Assembly (NCBI RefSeq): GCF_004010195.1
Contig: NW_025215314.1
Coordinates: 5,873-41,817 of the forward strand
Direction: 5' to 3'
Source: Chiloscyllium plagiosum
Taxonomy: Eukaryota
DNA: 35,945 bases
Position numbers and translations under genes: made by a program. Positions 11,121-23,150 of this stretch are shown here, piece after piece; the first letter of the stretch is position 1; every line of letters starts with the position of its first letter. The notes under the pieces were generated by a model, which saw only the letters and a list, made by a program, of their open reading frames with translations, did not search any database and was not told the DNA's origin.

Positions 11121-11509
11121 TGCTGGAAGACAGGAAGCGGTTCGCAATGTTAGCGATATTATCATTACAACAATTTCCCAAGAACATTTCATTATTTGGC
11201 ATTTACTATTAAGTAAATTGGTGCAGATTATATTTACAGCTTCAATCAACCTATGTACAGCAACTGAATCTGTTAACAGAAAACACTTGAATGTGGACAA
11301 GGATCAAGAAATGTTTCAATTATCAGCTGATTTCACACTACACAACATGAATATTTCAATGTTGGTGATACTTTCCTTTGGACCTTTAATAATAACCACC
11401 AACCCATATTCCAGGTATCTAATTGTAAATCAACACATGGTCCTGACAATGCCACAGTAAATATGAACAAGAAGCCAATCGGTTCTTCAATATGTGCTGC
11501 TATTTCGTG

Positions 11510-12160
11510 ACATCATATCTAAACAGCCATTCTCAGGTTGCCAAGCTGTGACCACAAGGATCAAAGCTTGGGCCCCTGCTCTGGGGACCAATTGTAATAT
11601 TTCCAAGATTGTAAATGACACAAAACTTCGTGGGATTCCAAATATTGAGAAGGGTGGAAGAGGCGTCAGGTGGACTTAAATAGGCCAAGTGAATAGAGAA
11701 GATCATGGGCGATGGAATAAGATGTGAATAAGTACAAGGCTATCCCCTTTGGTTGGAGGCCTGTCGGTGCAGAGCATTTCTTAAATGGTGAAACGTCGAA
11801 AATATTGAGGAACAGAAGGACTAAAACATTCCTGTTCAGAAAATACTGAAGTTAACATGTGGGTGCAGAAAGTAATTCGGAAAGCAAATCTTACGTTAGC
11901 TGTCGAGTGTTCTTTATAGAGGTGAGATCTCGTCTGGAGTACTGTGTGCATTTCAGGACCTCTGGTCTATATACTTCAGAGGGAGTATAGGGTTGTTCAC
12001 GAAACTGATTGCTGGATTGGTGGGACTGTCCTATGCATTAGTGATTAAGGAGACTGGGCATGTTGTCTCTGAAGATTAGAAGAATCAACAATATTCTTAG
12101 AAATTTCCAATGTTCTTAACGGGATAGATAGATGAGATGTAGAAAGCATTTCCAAGGCAC
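11510..12160 (+). mobile_element. Old CR1 RT fragment
   Basis: CNISKIVNDTKLRG (decayed SKFADDTKLGG) and ctggagtactgtgtgcattt (LEYCV). Confidence 0.7.
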
Positions 12161-12239
12161 AAGTCAGGAATGTGATGAAATAATCTCCTGGATGAGCAAC
12201 ACTGATAAAGTTTGACATGTGACAGATCAAATCAGTATC

Positions 12240-12356
12240 GCATCCATCCACCACCTTCAAAATTCACTCCCTTCACAACCAGCAATGAGTGGCAGTAGTT
12301 TGTGCCATTGACAAAAATGACAGCAATAACTCATCAAGGCTCCTTAGACAGCACCC
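12240..12356 (+). mobile_element. LINE (CR1/L2 group) 3' fragment
   Basis: attcactcccttcacaaccagc...aaggctccttagacagcacc resembles a common shark LINE 3' region; truncated by the gap. Confidence 0.5.
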
Positions 12357-12867
12357 NNNNNNNNNNNNNNNNNNNNNNNNNNNNNNNNNNNNNNNNNNNN
12401 NNNNNNNNNNNNNNNNNNNNNNNNNNNNNNNNNNNNNNNNNNNNNNNNNNNNNNNNNNNNNNNNNNNNNNNNNNNNNNNNNNNNNNNNNNNNNNNNNNNN
12501 NNNNNNNNNNNNNNNNNNNNNNNNNNNNNNNNNNNNNNNNNNNNNNNNNNNNNNNNNNNNNNNNNNNNNNNNNNNNNNNNNNNNNNNNNNNNNNNNNNNN
12601 NNNNNNNNNNNNNNNNNNNNNNNNNNNNNNNNNNNNNNNNNNNNNNNNNNNNNNNNNNNNNNNNNNNNNNNNNNNNNNNNNNNNNNNNNNNNNNNNNNNN
12701 NNNNNNNNNNNNNNNNNNNNNNNNNNNNNNNNNNNNNNNNNNNNNNNNNNNNNNNNNNNNNNNNNNNNNNNNNNNNNNNNNNNNNNNNNNNNNNNNNNNN
12801 NNNNNNNNNNNNNNNNNNNNNNNNNNNNNNNNNNNNNNNNNNNNNNNNNNNNNNNNNNNNNNNNNNN
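12357..12867. other. Assembly gap
   Basis: Run of N. Confidence 1.
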
Positions 12868-13589
12868 TGCTTTGCAAATTCAAGCACTGCTGCAACTAGT
12901 ATCCACGTCTCAGACTGACTGACTGCAGGAATTTCATATAAGCTTGCTGCGTTTGCAGTCTGAGGCCTTTTCTCTCCCACAGTTGTTGTTTGTTGCTACT
13001 GGGCTCACGGGTGAGAAATTGCCCTAAGTGAAACAGCAACTCCTTGCAGAATCATTCATTTGTATTTGGAATGACTGTTAGAGGCTGTGTAGAACACCCT
13101 GGAAATGGACAGGATGAAAAATAAGTAATGTTGTCCTTAGGTCTATTTGTGCAGAGTAAGTGTCTCTACAGCTGGCACAGGAATCCACGTTCACTCAGGC
13201 CATTGGGCCATTTGATGGACAAGCTTATTCTAAATGGTCACTTCCTTCCCTCATCCTGCTCAGCACCTAGCCTATTGCCTTGTCCTATGTCAACTTTTTG
13301 CTCTAGATCAGGAGCTTTTTTCCAGGTGAGAAAACATTTTTTCGTTCTAGGAAAATGCCTGTGTATTTCCCATTAATGTTGAAGATATCAAATTTTCTCT
13401 CTTGTTCAAACATTTAGCGATGGTAGCATTTCCTAAATGGTGATACCCTGTAATAAAAGAAGTTGGAGGGTTTTGGGAAAATAAAATTGGCTAATAAACC
13501 TTCCACTTTGCCAGTGCAACCACTGTCACCTCTCGAATTTTATAAAGATTATAGACCTCTGAGCCTGACATGAGTCATGGACAGATGTT

Positions 13590-14355
13590 TAGCGAACCCT
13601 TGGTGACAGGATGTGTGTATATTTGGAAAAGCAAGGACTGACTAGGAATAGTCAATATGGCTTTGTGCGTGCGAAATACAGTCTGATTAACTTGATTAGG
13701 TTTTCTGAAGAAACAAAGAGGATAGATGAGGGCAGAGCAATGTATATGATCTATGGACTTCAGTAAGGTGTTCGACAAAGTTCCACATGGTGGACTGGTG
13801 AGCAAGGATAGATCATATGGAATAGAGGGAGAATTACTTGGATACAGAAATAACTCGAAGGTAGAAGATAAAAGGTGATGGTGGAGGATTGATTTTCAGA
13901 CTGGAGGCTTGTGACCAACGGGGATCCACAAGAATAAGTGCTGTGTCCTCTATTTTTCAACATTTGTATAAATGATTTGGATAGGAACTTAGGAGGTATG
14001 GTTCTTAAGTTTGCAAATGCCTCCAAAATTGGATGTGTAATGGACACTGTTCCAGCAATAAAGTTTCAGCTTTGATCTCCAGCGTCTGCAGACCTCACTT
14101 TCTCCCAGAAGGGCTACTGGGCCAAGGAGTGGCAGATGGAGTTTAATTTAGATAAATGTGAGGTGTTGCATTTTGGAAAGGCAAATCAGGATGCGACTTA
14201 CATACTTAATGGTAAGTTGCGAGTATCGCTGAACAAAGAGTACTTCGAGTACAGGTTCATAGTTCCTTGGAAGTGGAGTCACAGCTAAACAGGATAGTGA
14301 AGAATGACGAGTTGAACAGAGGGGTCTTGTCATGTATACTTCTCTATGACTCTCA
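13590..14355 (+). mobile_element. CR1 RT fragment with 3' tail
   Basis: Decayed SQYGF, YMDFSKVFDKVPH, GDPQ and WQMEFNLDKCEVLHFG motifs; ends ctctatgactct. Confidence 0.85.
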
Positions 14356-15319
14356 GATGTGACAAAGATTTTGAAATACAGTGAGTTGTCTTTCCCCGCC
14401 TCAGTCACACATTGTCTGATCTCAGAGTCATACTGCACGGAAACGTATCCGACTTATTCATTTCAACGAGATTTCCTGGACCGGATGTCACAGAGTTGCA
14501 ATTCCGCGAGAATGGAAACAAGCCATTCTGCCCAAAATGTCCACACAGACTCTCCAAAGAGCATCCAACCCAGACTCACACACCTACTGTAACCCTGTAA
14601 TCTTGCATTTCATGTAGCTAATTCACCTGATTTACGCATGGATCCACAAGAATAAGTGCTGGGTCCTCTATTTTTCAACATTTGTATAAATGATTTGGAT
14701 AGGAACTTAGGAGGTATGGTTCTTAAGTTTGCAAATGCCTCCAAAATTGGATGTGTAATGGACAGCAGTTGTGGATATCTCAGTACAACAAGGTCTTGAT
14801 CAGAAGGGCTACTGGGCCAAGGAGTGGCAGATGGAGTTTAATTTAGATAAATGTGAGGTGTTGCATTTTGGAAAGGCAAATCAGGATGCGACTTACATAC
14901 TTAATGGTATGAACAAAGAGTACTTCGAGTGCAGGTTCATAGTTCCTTGGAAGTGGAGTCACAGCTAAACAGGATAGTGAAGAATGACGAGTTGAACAGA
15001 GGGGTCTTGTCATGTATACTTCTCTATGACTCTCAGACGTGACAAAGATTTGGAAATACAGTGAGTTGTCTTTCCCCGCCTCAGTCACACATTGTCTGAT
15101 CTCAGAGTCATACTGCACGGAAACGTATCCGACTTATTCATTTCAACCAGATTTCCTGGACCGGATGTCACAGAGTCGCAATTCCGCGAGAATGGAAACA
15201 AGCCATTCTGCCCAAAATGTCCACACAGACTCTCCAAAGAGCATCCAACCCAGACTCACACACCTACTGTAACCCTGTAATCTTGCATTTCATGTAGCTA
15301 ATTCACCTGATTTACGCAT
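13922..15319. repeat. About 0.7-kb tandem duplication of a CR1/SINE mosaic
   Basis: Unit 1 is 13922-14639 and unit 2 is 14640-15319. They are near-identical except that 14047-14105 is replaced by different sequence at 14765-14800, and unit 2 has a deletion of about 15 nt near 14909. Confidence 0.95.
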
Positions 15320-15570
15320 CCCTAGAGTAGTCCTACTTACCAACATTTGGCCCATATTCTGCTAATCATTTCTATCCATGTCCCTGTGCAAATGTATTTT
15401 CTCTTTTCAGGACACAATGACTGTAACCCAGCCAGTACAGAGTCTGTGCCCAAAACTGAAGAGACACTAAATTTCCTGGTCATTTTTTTTTGTTATATTT
15501 CCCCAGCATCCAGGTTGTCTGTGTGCAAGTGTGACACACAGTGAGAAAAGACTACCGTCAGGAACAAGGC

Positions 15571-15642
15571 TGCTTCGCCCGGTTTCGAGCTGGCGACCTT
15601 TTGTGTGTTAGGTGAATATGATAGCCAATACACTACAAATAC
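15571..15642 (-). pseudogene. tRNA-Val(AAC) pseudogene
   Basis: Reverse complement GTATTTGTAGTGTATTGGCTATCATATTCACCTAACACACAAAAGGTCGCCAGCTCGAAACCGGGCGAAGCA aligns to vertebrate tRNA-Val(AAC), with many CpG-type transitions. TTTT lies about 22 nt downstream (15546-15549). Confidence 0.88.
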
Positions 15643-16230
15643 TTCCAAATGTCTTTTAAGTCTTGCAACTGTATCCACTTCCACTGGCAGCTCATTCGAT
15701 ATTCGCACTACCATCTGTGTGAAAAGATCCCCCATCAGGTCCCTTTTAAATCTTTCCCCTCTCAACTTGAACTAATGTCTTAGGATCCCCTAAGCTGGGG
15801 AAAAGACTTTGTATGTCACCTTATCAATGATTTTCATGGATTTGGTAAACCTCCATAGTGTCACCCCTGGGCCTCCAACATACCCGGTTAAAAAAAACCC
15901 TCCCGTTCCACTTTACCCATATAACCTAAACCTTCTAGTTTCTGTGCCATTCTAGTAAATCTTTTTATGCACTTATAATTTAATAACATACGTCCGAAAG
16001 CAGGGCAACCACAATTGTACCCAGTACTCCCGCTGTGGCCTTACCGTTGTCTTGTACAGCTATAACATTATATCCCAACTCCTTGTACTTAATGTTCTGA
16101 ACAATGAAGGCAAGCGTGCCAAATGCTTTCCTCACTAGCCAGTCTACCACTTTCAAAAACTATGTACCTGCACTCCAAGGTCTCCCTAATCAACTGCAAT
16201 CCCCAAGCCCCTACCATTATCTGTGTTCTT
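15643..16230 (-). mobile_element. CR1 3' fragment, degenerate
   Basis: MRGERFKRDLMGDLFTQMVVRISNELP and KAFGTLAF-like remnants on the minus strand. Confidence 0.8.
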
Positions 16231-16339
16231 TCCAGTTTTGAGAGCTGCAATAGTGTTATTTTAGTAGTTGCAATGAAGTGACAGATATCAAACCGATGAA
16301 ACTTAGCTTCGCGTCTTCCACTGTCGGACCACAGAACAA

Positions 16340-16985
16340 ACAGTGGTCTCACCAATGTCCTGTAGGGCCGCAACATGACCTCCCAACTCCTGTACTCAAT
16401 ACTCTGACCAATCAAGGAAAGCATACTGAATGCCTTCTTCACTATCCTGTCAACCCTCGACTCCACTTTCAAGGAGATATGAAACTGCACTCCAAGGTTT
16501 ATTTGTTCATCAACACTCCCTAGGACCTTACCGTTAACTGTATAAGTCCTGCTAAGATTTGATATCCCAAAATGCAGCACCTCGCATTTATCTGAATTAA
16601 ACTCCATCTGCCACTTCTCAGCCCATTGACCAATCTGGTCAAGATCCTGTTGTAATCTGAGGTATCGTATGCTCGCATCCAAATCATTTATGTCATTGGT
16701 CACAGGCCTCCAGTCTGACAAACCACACTCTACCACCCCCTTCTGCCTCCTACCTTCAAGCCAATTTTGTATCCAAATGGCTAGCTGTCTCTGGAATCCA
16801 TGTGATCTAACTTTGCTAACCAGTCTAACCTGTCGAACGTCTTGCTAAAGTCCATATAGACAAAGTTCACTTCGCTGACTTCATCAATATTCTTTGTCTC
16901 TCAACCAAATTAGTGTTACACAATTTCCCTGACACAAAGCCATGTTAACTATGCCTAATCAGTCCATGTAAATCCTGTCCCTCAG
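16340..16985 (-). mobile_element. CR1 RT fragment
   Basis: LQQDLDQIGQWAEKWQMEFNSDKCEVLHFG...VMLRPYRTLVRPL in ORF 16089-16736. Confidence 0.88.
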
Positions 16986-17004
16986 ACTTTTAAAACACAA
17001 GACT

Positions 17005-17335
17005 ATAGAATTTCGGAATCATGGAATTCGTAGAGAAGTGAATCAGTCCATTCAGCCCATCAAGTCCACACCGACCGTCCGAAGAACATCCCACACAAAT
17101 TCATCCCATTCCTGTAACCGTAACTTTCCCATGGATAATCTACCTAGCCTGCACATCCCTGGACACGATGGGCAATTTACCATAGCCAACCCACCCAACC
17201 TGCACATCCCCGAACCGTGGGAGGAAAACAGAAAACCAAGAGGAACCTTTGCAAACACAGACCAAACTTGCAAACTCCACACAGACAGCTACCCAAGAGT
17301 GGAATCAAACATGGTCATTCGCACTCTGAAGCTGT
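17005..17335 (-). mobile_element. HE1/V-SINE-like element, degenerate
   Basis: Reverse complement contains the V-SINE core ctgtctgtgtggagtttgca...ttttcctcccac...gatgtgcaggtt; homologous to 25564-25906. Confidence 0.75.
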
Positions 17336-17840
17336 TGTGAAAGTTGAAAGGGTTAAGAAAAGATTTACACGGATGTTGTCAGGGTTGGAGGATTTGAGAA
17401 AGAGAGAGAAGCGGCTGAACAGGCTGGGACTGTTTATCCTTGGAGCATCGGGAGCTGAGGGGTGACCTTGTGGAGGTTTGCGAAATTATGAGGGGCGTGG
17501 ATAGGGTGGATGGGCAGGGTCTTTTCCCTGCGGTCGGGGAGTCCAGAACTGGAGGTTGTGGGTTGAGGGTGAGAGGGGAAACACATAAAGGAGACCTAAG
17601 GGGCAACAGTTTCATGCAGAAGGTGGAATATGTATGGAATGAGCTGCCAGAGGATGTGGTGGAGGCTGGTACAATTGCAATATTTAAGAGGCATTTGGAT
17701 GGGTATATGATTAGGAAGGGTTTGGAGGGATATGGGCCGGGTGCTGGCAGGTGGGACGAGATTGGGTTAGGATATCTGATCGGCATGGACAGGTTGGACC
17801 GAAAGGTCTGTTTCCATGTTGTACATCTCTATGACTCTAA
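17336..17840 (+). mobile_element. CR1 3' end
   Basis: KVERVKKRFTRMLSGLE...LRGDLVEV...WNELPEDVVEAGTIAIFKRHLD, then the tail tctctatgactcta. Confidence 0.9.
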
Positions 17841-17849
17841 TACAACAAA

Positions 17850-19140
17850 GCAATGGGGCATTTGGCCAATTGCGTTTTGTCAAACATGACACTAAATTAA
17901 AGTAATCCCTTCTGCCTGTCTTTGGTCCAAATCCATCCACTCTTTGCAAATTCATGTGCTTGTCTTATAATCTCTTAAATATCCCCATTGTAAGTGCCTC
18001 CAAGATCATCCCGGGCGGCACGTTCTGAGCTCCTACCACTCTAAATAAAAAACTTGCTTCTCGCATCTCCTTTGAACTTCCCTCGCTCATATTGCTAACT
18101 CACCCAACTATATTTTCGTACATTTTCGTATATATGTATCACAAACAGGACAGTTACTTCTACAGATTCCTTAAAAACACCAAGAGACATGGACCTCTAA
18201 CCACAAAATATTATTCCAGTACTATCCTTTGCCTTCTAAGGGTAAGCCAATTTTGAATCCAAGCGAATAAGACACAGTGGATCCCATGCATCTTAATCTA
18301 TTGGATGAACCTATCATGAGGGATCTTGTTAAAAGCCTTAAGAAAAAAGCATGTAGACATCATCCACTGCTCTATCCTCATCGATTACCTTTGTCACCTA
18401 CTCAAAAAAATCAATCATGTTAGTGAGACACAATCTTCTCCACACAATACCACGTTGATTGTCCCAAAATATGTCACGCTTTTCCAAAGCACATATATAC
18501 TCAGTGTACTCTCCAACCGCTTCCCAGCCACTGAGGAGAGACTCATCGGTCTACAGTTTCTTTGATCATCTCTATCGCTATTATCCCTATCTCCCTTCTT
18601 GAACAGAAAAACAACACTAGCTACTCGCCAGTGGCCCAGGATCTGTCCAATGGCTTGCAAGGATGCGATGCTCGTCAAGGCACTGGCAATCTGCCCTCTT
18701 TCCTCTGAGGTAGATACCATCAGGCCCTGAAGAAGTATTCACCTTAAAGCTCTTCAAAAGACACAACACTTCCTGTTTGATCTCAAAATGCTCTGTCATG
18801 TTCACATGCTCCGCATTTATCTCACTATTCTCCATATCCTTCTCCTGGGTGAATACCAATGCATGTTCCCTCATTTATTCTCGAGTGGTCCTATCTTCTC
18901 TCTCGTTTTCCTCGTATTTTTAATGTATGTATAGAATGCCTTGCGATACTCTTTAACTCAATTTGCTGAAGTCATTTCATAGCTCCTTCTTGCTCTCCTA
19001 CTTCCCTGCTCGAGTTATTTCTGCTTTTTTATATTCATCACGAACCCTGACCAAGTTTAGCTTCCTAAAACCTTACGTATGCTTATTTTTTCCCCTTGGA
19101 CTAAATTCACAATTTCCCTGGTTGTCCAAGGATCCCTTAC
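17850..19140 (-). mobile_element. CR1 fragments (internally deleted ORF2)
   Basis: Minus-strand remnants VFTQEKDME, SSGPDGIY, WRVASVVFLFKKG, NCRPMSLSSVAGKRLE. Confidence 0.8.
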
Positions 19141-19537
19141 AAAGCCTCATCCTTCCTCCTTCCCAGAACATTCTGTTCCCAATGTTGACGCCCAGCGAAC
19201 CCTATTCCACACTTTCCTCTAACACGAAAAATATCCATTAACTGTCACTCTCGTTCTTTCCCACCACGCAGTGAATGTTGTATCCATGTTGTCCCTTGCC
19301 TTTTGTACCATAAGCGACAACCTTCCTCGTGTCTGTTGCGTGGTACCTTCAGAATATCCACATAAGCCAATCAGTAGCATTGCCTTCATCAACACTTTGT
19401 TAATTCCTTTAAGAAGATCAGCATGTTAGTTGGGCATAGTTTCACTATGACTTTTCCAAACCAACTCACCTTCTTCAACCTAACTATTAGCTTTATCCCA
19501 AATAATTGTTGCTAGAAGTTTCCCTGGAGTGAAACAG

Positions 19538-20372
19538 NNNNNNNNNNNNNNNNNNNNNNNNNNNNNNNNNNNNNNNNNNNNNNNNNNNNNNNNNNNNNNN
19601 NNNNNNNNNNNNNNNNNNNNNNNNNNNNNNNNNNNNNNNNNNNNNNNNNNNNNNNNNNNNNNNNNNNNNNNNNNNNNNNNNNNNNNNNNNNNNNNNNNNN
19701 NNNNNNNNNNNNNNNNNNNNNNNNNNNNNNNNNNNNNNNNNNNNNNNNNNNNNNNNNNNNNNNNNNNNNNNNNNNNNNNNNNNNNNNNNNNNNNNNNNNN
19801 NNNNNNNNNNNNNNNNNNNNNNNNNNNNNNNNNNNNNNNNNNNNNNNNNNNNNNNNNNNNNNNNNNNNNNNNNNNNNNNNNNNNNNNNNNNNNNNNNNNN
19901 NNNNNNNNNNNNNNNNNNNNNNNNNNNNNNNNNNNNNNNNNNNNNNNNNNNNNNNNNNNNNNNNNNNNNNNNNNNNNNNNNNNNNNNNNNNNNNNNNNNN
20001 NNNNNNNNNNNNNNNNNNNNNNNNNNNNNNNNNNNNNNNNNNNNNNNNNNNNNNNNNNNNNNNNNNNNNNNNNNNNNNNNNNNNNNNNNNNNNNNNNNNN
20101 NNNNNNNNNNNNNNNNNNNNNNNNNNNNNNNNNNNNNNNNNNNNNNNNNNNNNNNNNNNNNNNNNNNNNNNNNNNNNNNNNNNNNNNNNNNNNNNNNNNN
20201 NNNNNNNNNNNNNNNNNNNNNNNNNNNNNNNNNNNNNNNNNNNNNNNNNNNNNNNNNNNNNNNNNNNNNNNNNNNNNNNNNNNNNNNNNNNNNNNNNNNN
20301 NNNNNNNNNNNNNNNNNNNNNNNNNNNNNNNNNNNNNNNNNNNNNNNNNNNNNNNNNNNNNNNNNNNNNNNN
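19538..20372. other. Assembly gap
   Basis: Run of N. Confidence 1.
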
Positions 20373-21947
20373 GGATGTTGTCAGGGTTGGAGGATTTGAG
20401 AAAGAGGGAGAAGCGGCTGAACAGGCTGGGACTGTTTATCCTTGGAGCTGAGGGGTGACGTTGTGGAGGTTTGCGAAATTATGAGGGGCGTGGATCGGGT
20501 GGATGGGCAGGGTCTTTTCCTTGCGGTCGGGGAGTCCAGAACTGGAGGTTGTGGGTTGAGGATGAGAGGGGAAATATATAAAGGAGACCTAAGGGGCAAC
20601 GTTTTCATGCAGAAGGTGGAATATGTATGGAATGAGCTGCCAGAGGATGTGGTGGAGGCTGGTACAATTGCAATATTTAAAGGCATTTGGATGGGTATAT
20701 GAATAGGAAGGGTTTGGAGGGATATGGGCCGGGTGCTGGCAGGTGGGACTAGATTGGGTTAGGATATCTGGTCGGCATGGACAGGTTGGACCGAAAGGTC
20801 TGTTTCCATGTTGTACATCTCTCTGACTCTAATACAACAAAGCAATGGGGCGTTTGGCCAATTGCGATTTGTCAAACATGACACTAAATTAAAGTAATCC
20901 CTTCTGCCTGCCTTTGGTCCAAATCCATCCACTCCTTGCAAAGTCATGTGCTTGTCTTATAATCTCTTAAACGCCCCCATTGTAAGTGCCTCCAAGACCA
21001 TCCCGGGCAGCACGTTATGAGCTCCTACCACTCTAAATAAAAAACTTGCTTTTCGCATCTCCTTTGAACTTCCCTCTCTCATATTGCTAACTCACCCAAC
21101 TATATTTTCGTACATTTTCGTATATATGTATCACAAACAGTACAGTTACTTCTACAGATTCCTGAAAAACACCTAGAGACATGGACCTCTAACCACAAAA
21201 TATTATTCCAGTACTAAACTTTGCCTTCTACGGGTAAGCCAATTCTGAATCCAAGCGAATAAGACACAGTGGATCCCATGCATCTTAATCTATTGGATGA
21301 ACCTATCATGAGGGATCTTGTTAAAAGCCTTTAGAAAAAAGCATGTAGACATCATCCACTGCTCTATCCTCATCGATTACCTTTGTCACCTACTCAAAAA
21401 ATTCAATCAAGTTAGTGAGACACAATCTTCTCCACGCAATACCACGTTGATTGTCCCAAAATAGGTCACGCTATTCCAAAGCACATATATACTCAGTGTA
21501 CTCTCCAACCGCTTCCCAGCCACTGAGGAGAGACTCATCGGTCTACAGTTTCTTTGATCATCTCGATCGCTATTATCCCTATCTCCCTTCTTGAACAGAA
21601 AAACAACACTACCTACTCGCCAGTGGCCCAGGATCTGTCCAATGGCTTGCAAGGATGCGATGCTCGTCAAGGCACTGGCAATCTGCCCTCTTTCCTCTGA
21701 GGTCGATACCATCAGGCCCTGAAGAAGCTTAAAGCTCTTCAAAAGACACAACACTTCCTGTTTGATCTCAAAATGCTCTGTCATGTTCACATTCTCCGCA
21801 TTTATCTCACTATTCTCCATATCCTTCTCCTGGGTGAATACCAATGCATGTTCCCTCATTTATTCTCGAGTGGTCCTATCTTCTCTCTCGTTTTCCTCGT
21901 ATTTTTAATGTATGTATAGAATGCCTTGCGATACTCTTTAACTCAAT

Positions 21948-22334
21948 NNNNNNNNNNNNNNNNNNNNNNNNNNNNNNNNNNNNNNNNNNNNNNNNNNNNN
22001 NNNNNNNNNNNNNNNNNNNNNNNNNNNNNNNNNNNNNNNNNNNNNNNNNNNNNNNNNNNNNNNNNNNNNNNNNNNNNNNNNNNNNNNNNNNNNNNNNNNN
22101 NNNNNNNNNNNNNNNNNNNNNNNNNNNNNNNNNNNNNNNNNNNNNNNNNNNNNNNNNNNNNNNNNNNNNNNNNNNNNNNNNNNNNNNNNNNNNNNNNNNN
22201 NNNNNNNNNNNNNNNNNNNNNNNNNNNNNNNNNNNNNNNNNNNNNNNNNNNNNNNNNNNNNNNNNNNNNNNNNNNNNNNNNNNNNNNNNNNNNNNNNNNN
22301 NNNNNNNNNNNNNNNNNNNNNNNNNNNNNNNNNN
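21948..22334. other. Assembly gap
   Basis: Run of N. Confidence 1.
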
Positions 22335-22574
22335 GTTTCCCTGGAGTGAAACAGTCAAGAATGTAAATGACAAGTTTAGCTTGACAACCCTTTGTAGAAA
22401 ATAGGTTTTCATGTTGGCAACCCTTTAGTCTCCTGGCTCCTCAGATTCCATGGACACCTCGCGTGATTAGTTCAGCCTCCGGCTGAGATTGTTTAAGGTC
22501 TCTGTCAATTCGATGGTGCCAGCCAATAGGGATTGCAGTCCTGCTTGGGGACCGCTCCCCCAAGAAGTGATTCC

Positions 22575-22660
22575 CTGGAGAAACTCGGCAGGTTTGGCAG
22601 CTTCTGTGGGATTAAAGGAGAGGGAATGTTTCCCATACGGTCGCCCTTCATCACAACTGA
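22575..22660 (-). mobile_element. Penelope-associated terminal repeat with decayed hammerhead core
   Basis: Reverse complement tcagtt-GTGATGA-agggcgaccgtatgg-GAAAC-att...cacagaagctgccaaacctgccgagtttctccag, related to 3427-3520. Confidence 0.55.
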
Positions 22661-23079
22661 TATTCAGCTTATTGTGCAGGCAATCAAAGGTCTTACTGTC
22701 TTGGAAAACTTCCCGGGATATTTATTTTTGAGAACTGGGAATGTAATCTTCCAACGTGAAAGACACGGATTTTATTCAGTAATGGGGTTGTGGGAGCAGG
22801 TGGTTATGGGGATAGGGGAATGAAAATTGGGTTGAGAATGATCAGATCAGCCATGGTTTCATTGAAGGGTGGAGCAGACTTTGGGACTGAATCACTTCCT
22901 TCTGCTGTTCAATCGTATGGTGATTCCTGTTCCATTGTGACAAGATACTTCCACACTCAGTCCCGCCAATTTGACCGTTCACCTTTTTGGTCTAACACCA
23001 TTTCATATCGTGGCTGGTGGATCAGAGGGTCAGCATGTCCAGGTGAGGGGAAAGGTTGAGAAGGAGAATACTTCATTTT

Positions 23080-23150
23080 AGCTCCAGCTGGTTGAGGGAA
23101 TTGAACCCACGCCGTTGGTATCTGAATTGCACACCAATTGAGCGAACCGA
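23080..23150 (-). mobile_element. tRNA-derived SINE head fragment
   Basis: Reverse complement ggttcgctcaattgg (A-box-like) ... gggttcaattccc (B-box-like); no complete cloverleaf. Confidence 0.45.

Larger units (their letters stand above)
17371..22354. repeat. About 3-kb direct duplication spanning two gaps
   Basis: 17371-18962 matches 20373-21947 (roughly 3% substitutions plus small indels by eye). 19518-19537 is identical to 22335-22354. Confidence 0.95.

Noticed and set aside
12273..12980. Long ORFs of 146-309 aa here and at 19529-20458 and 21844-22412
   Set aside because: They are artefacts of translating through N gaps.
12868..13100. Possible N-terminal death-fold exon of the NLR (good minus-strand acceptor near 13099)
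   Set aside because: All frames contain stops and I could not see a convincing CARD, PYD or death-domain motif.
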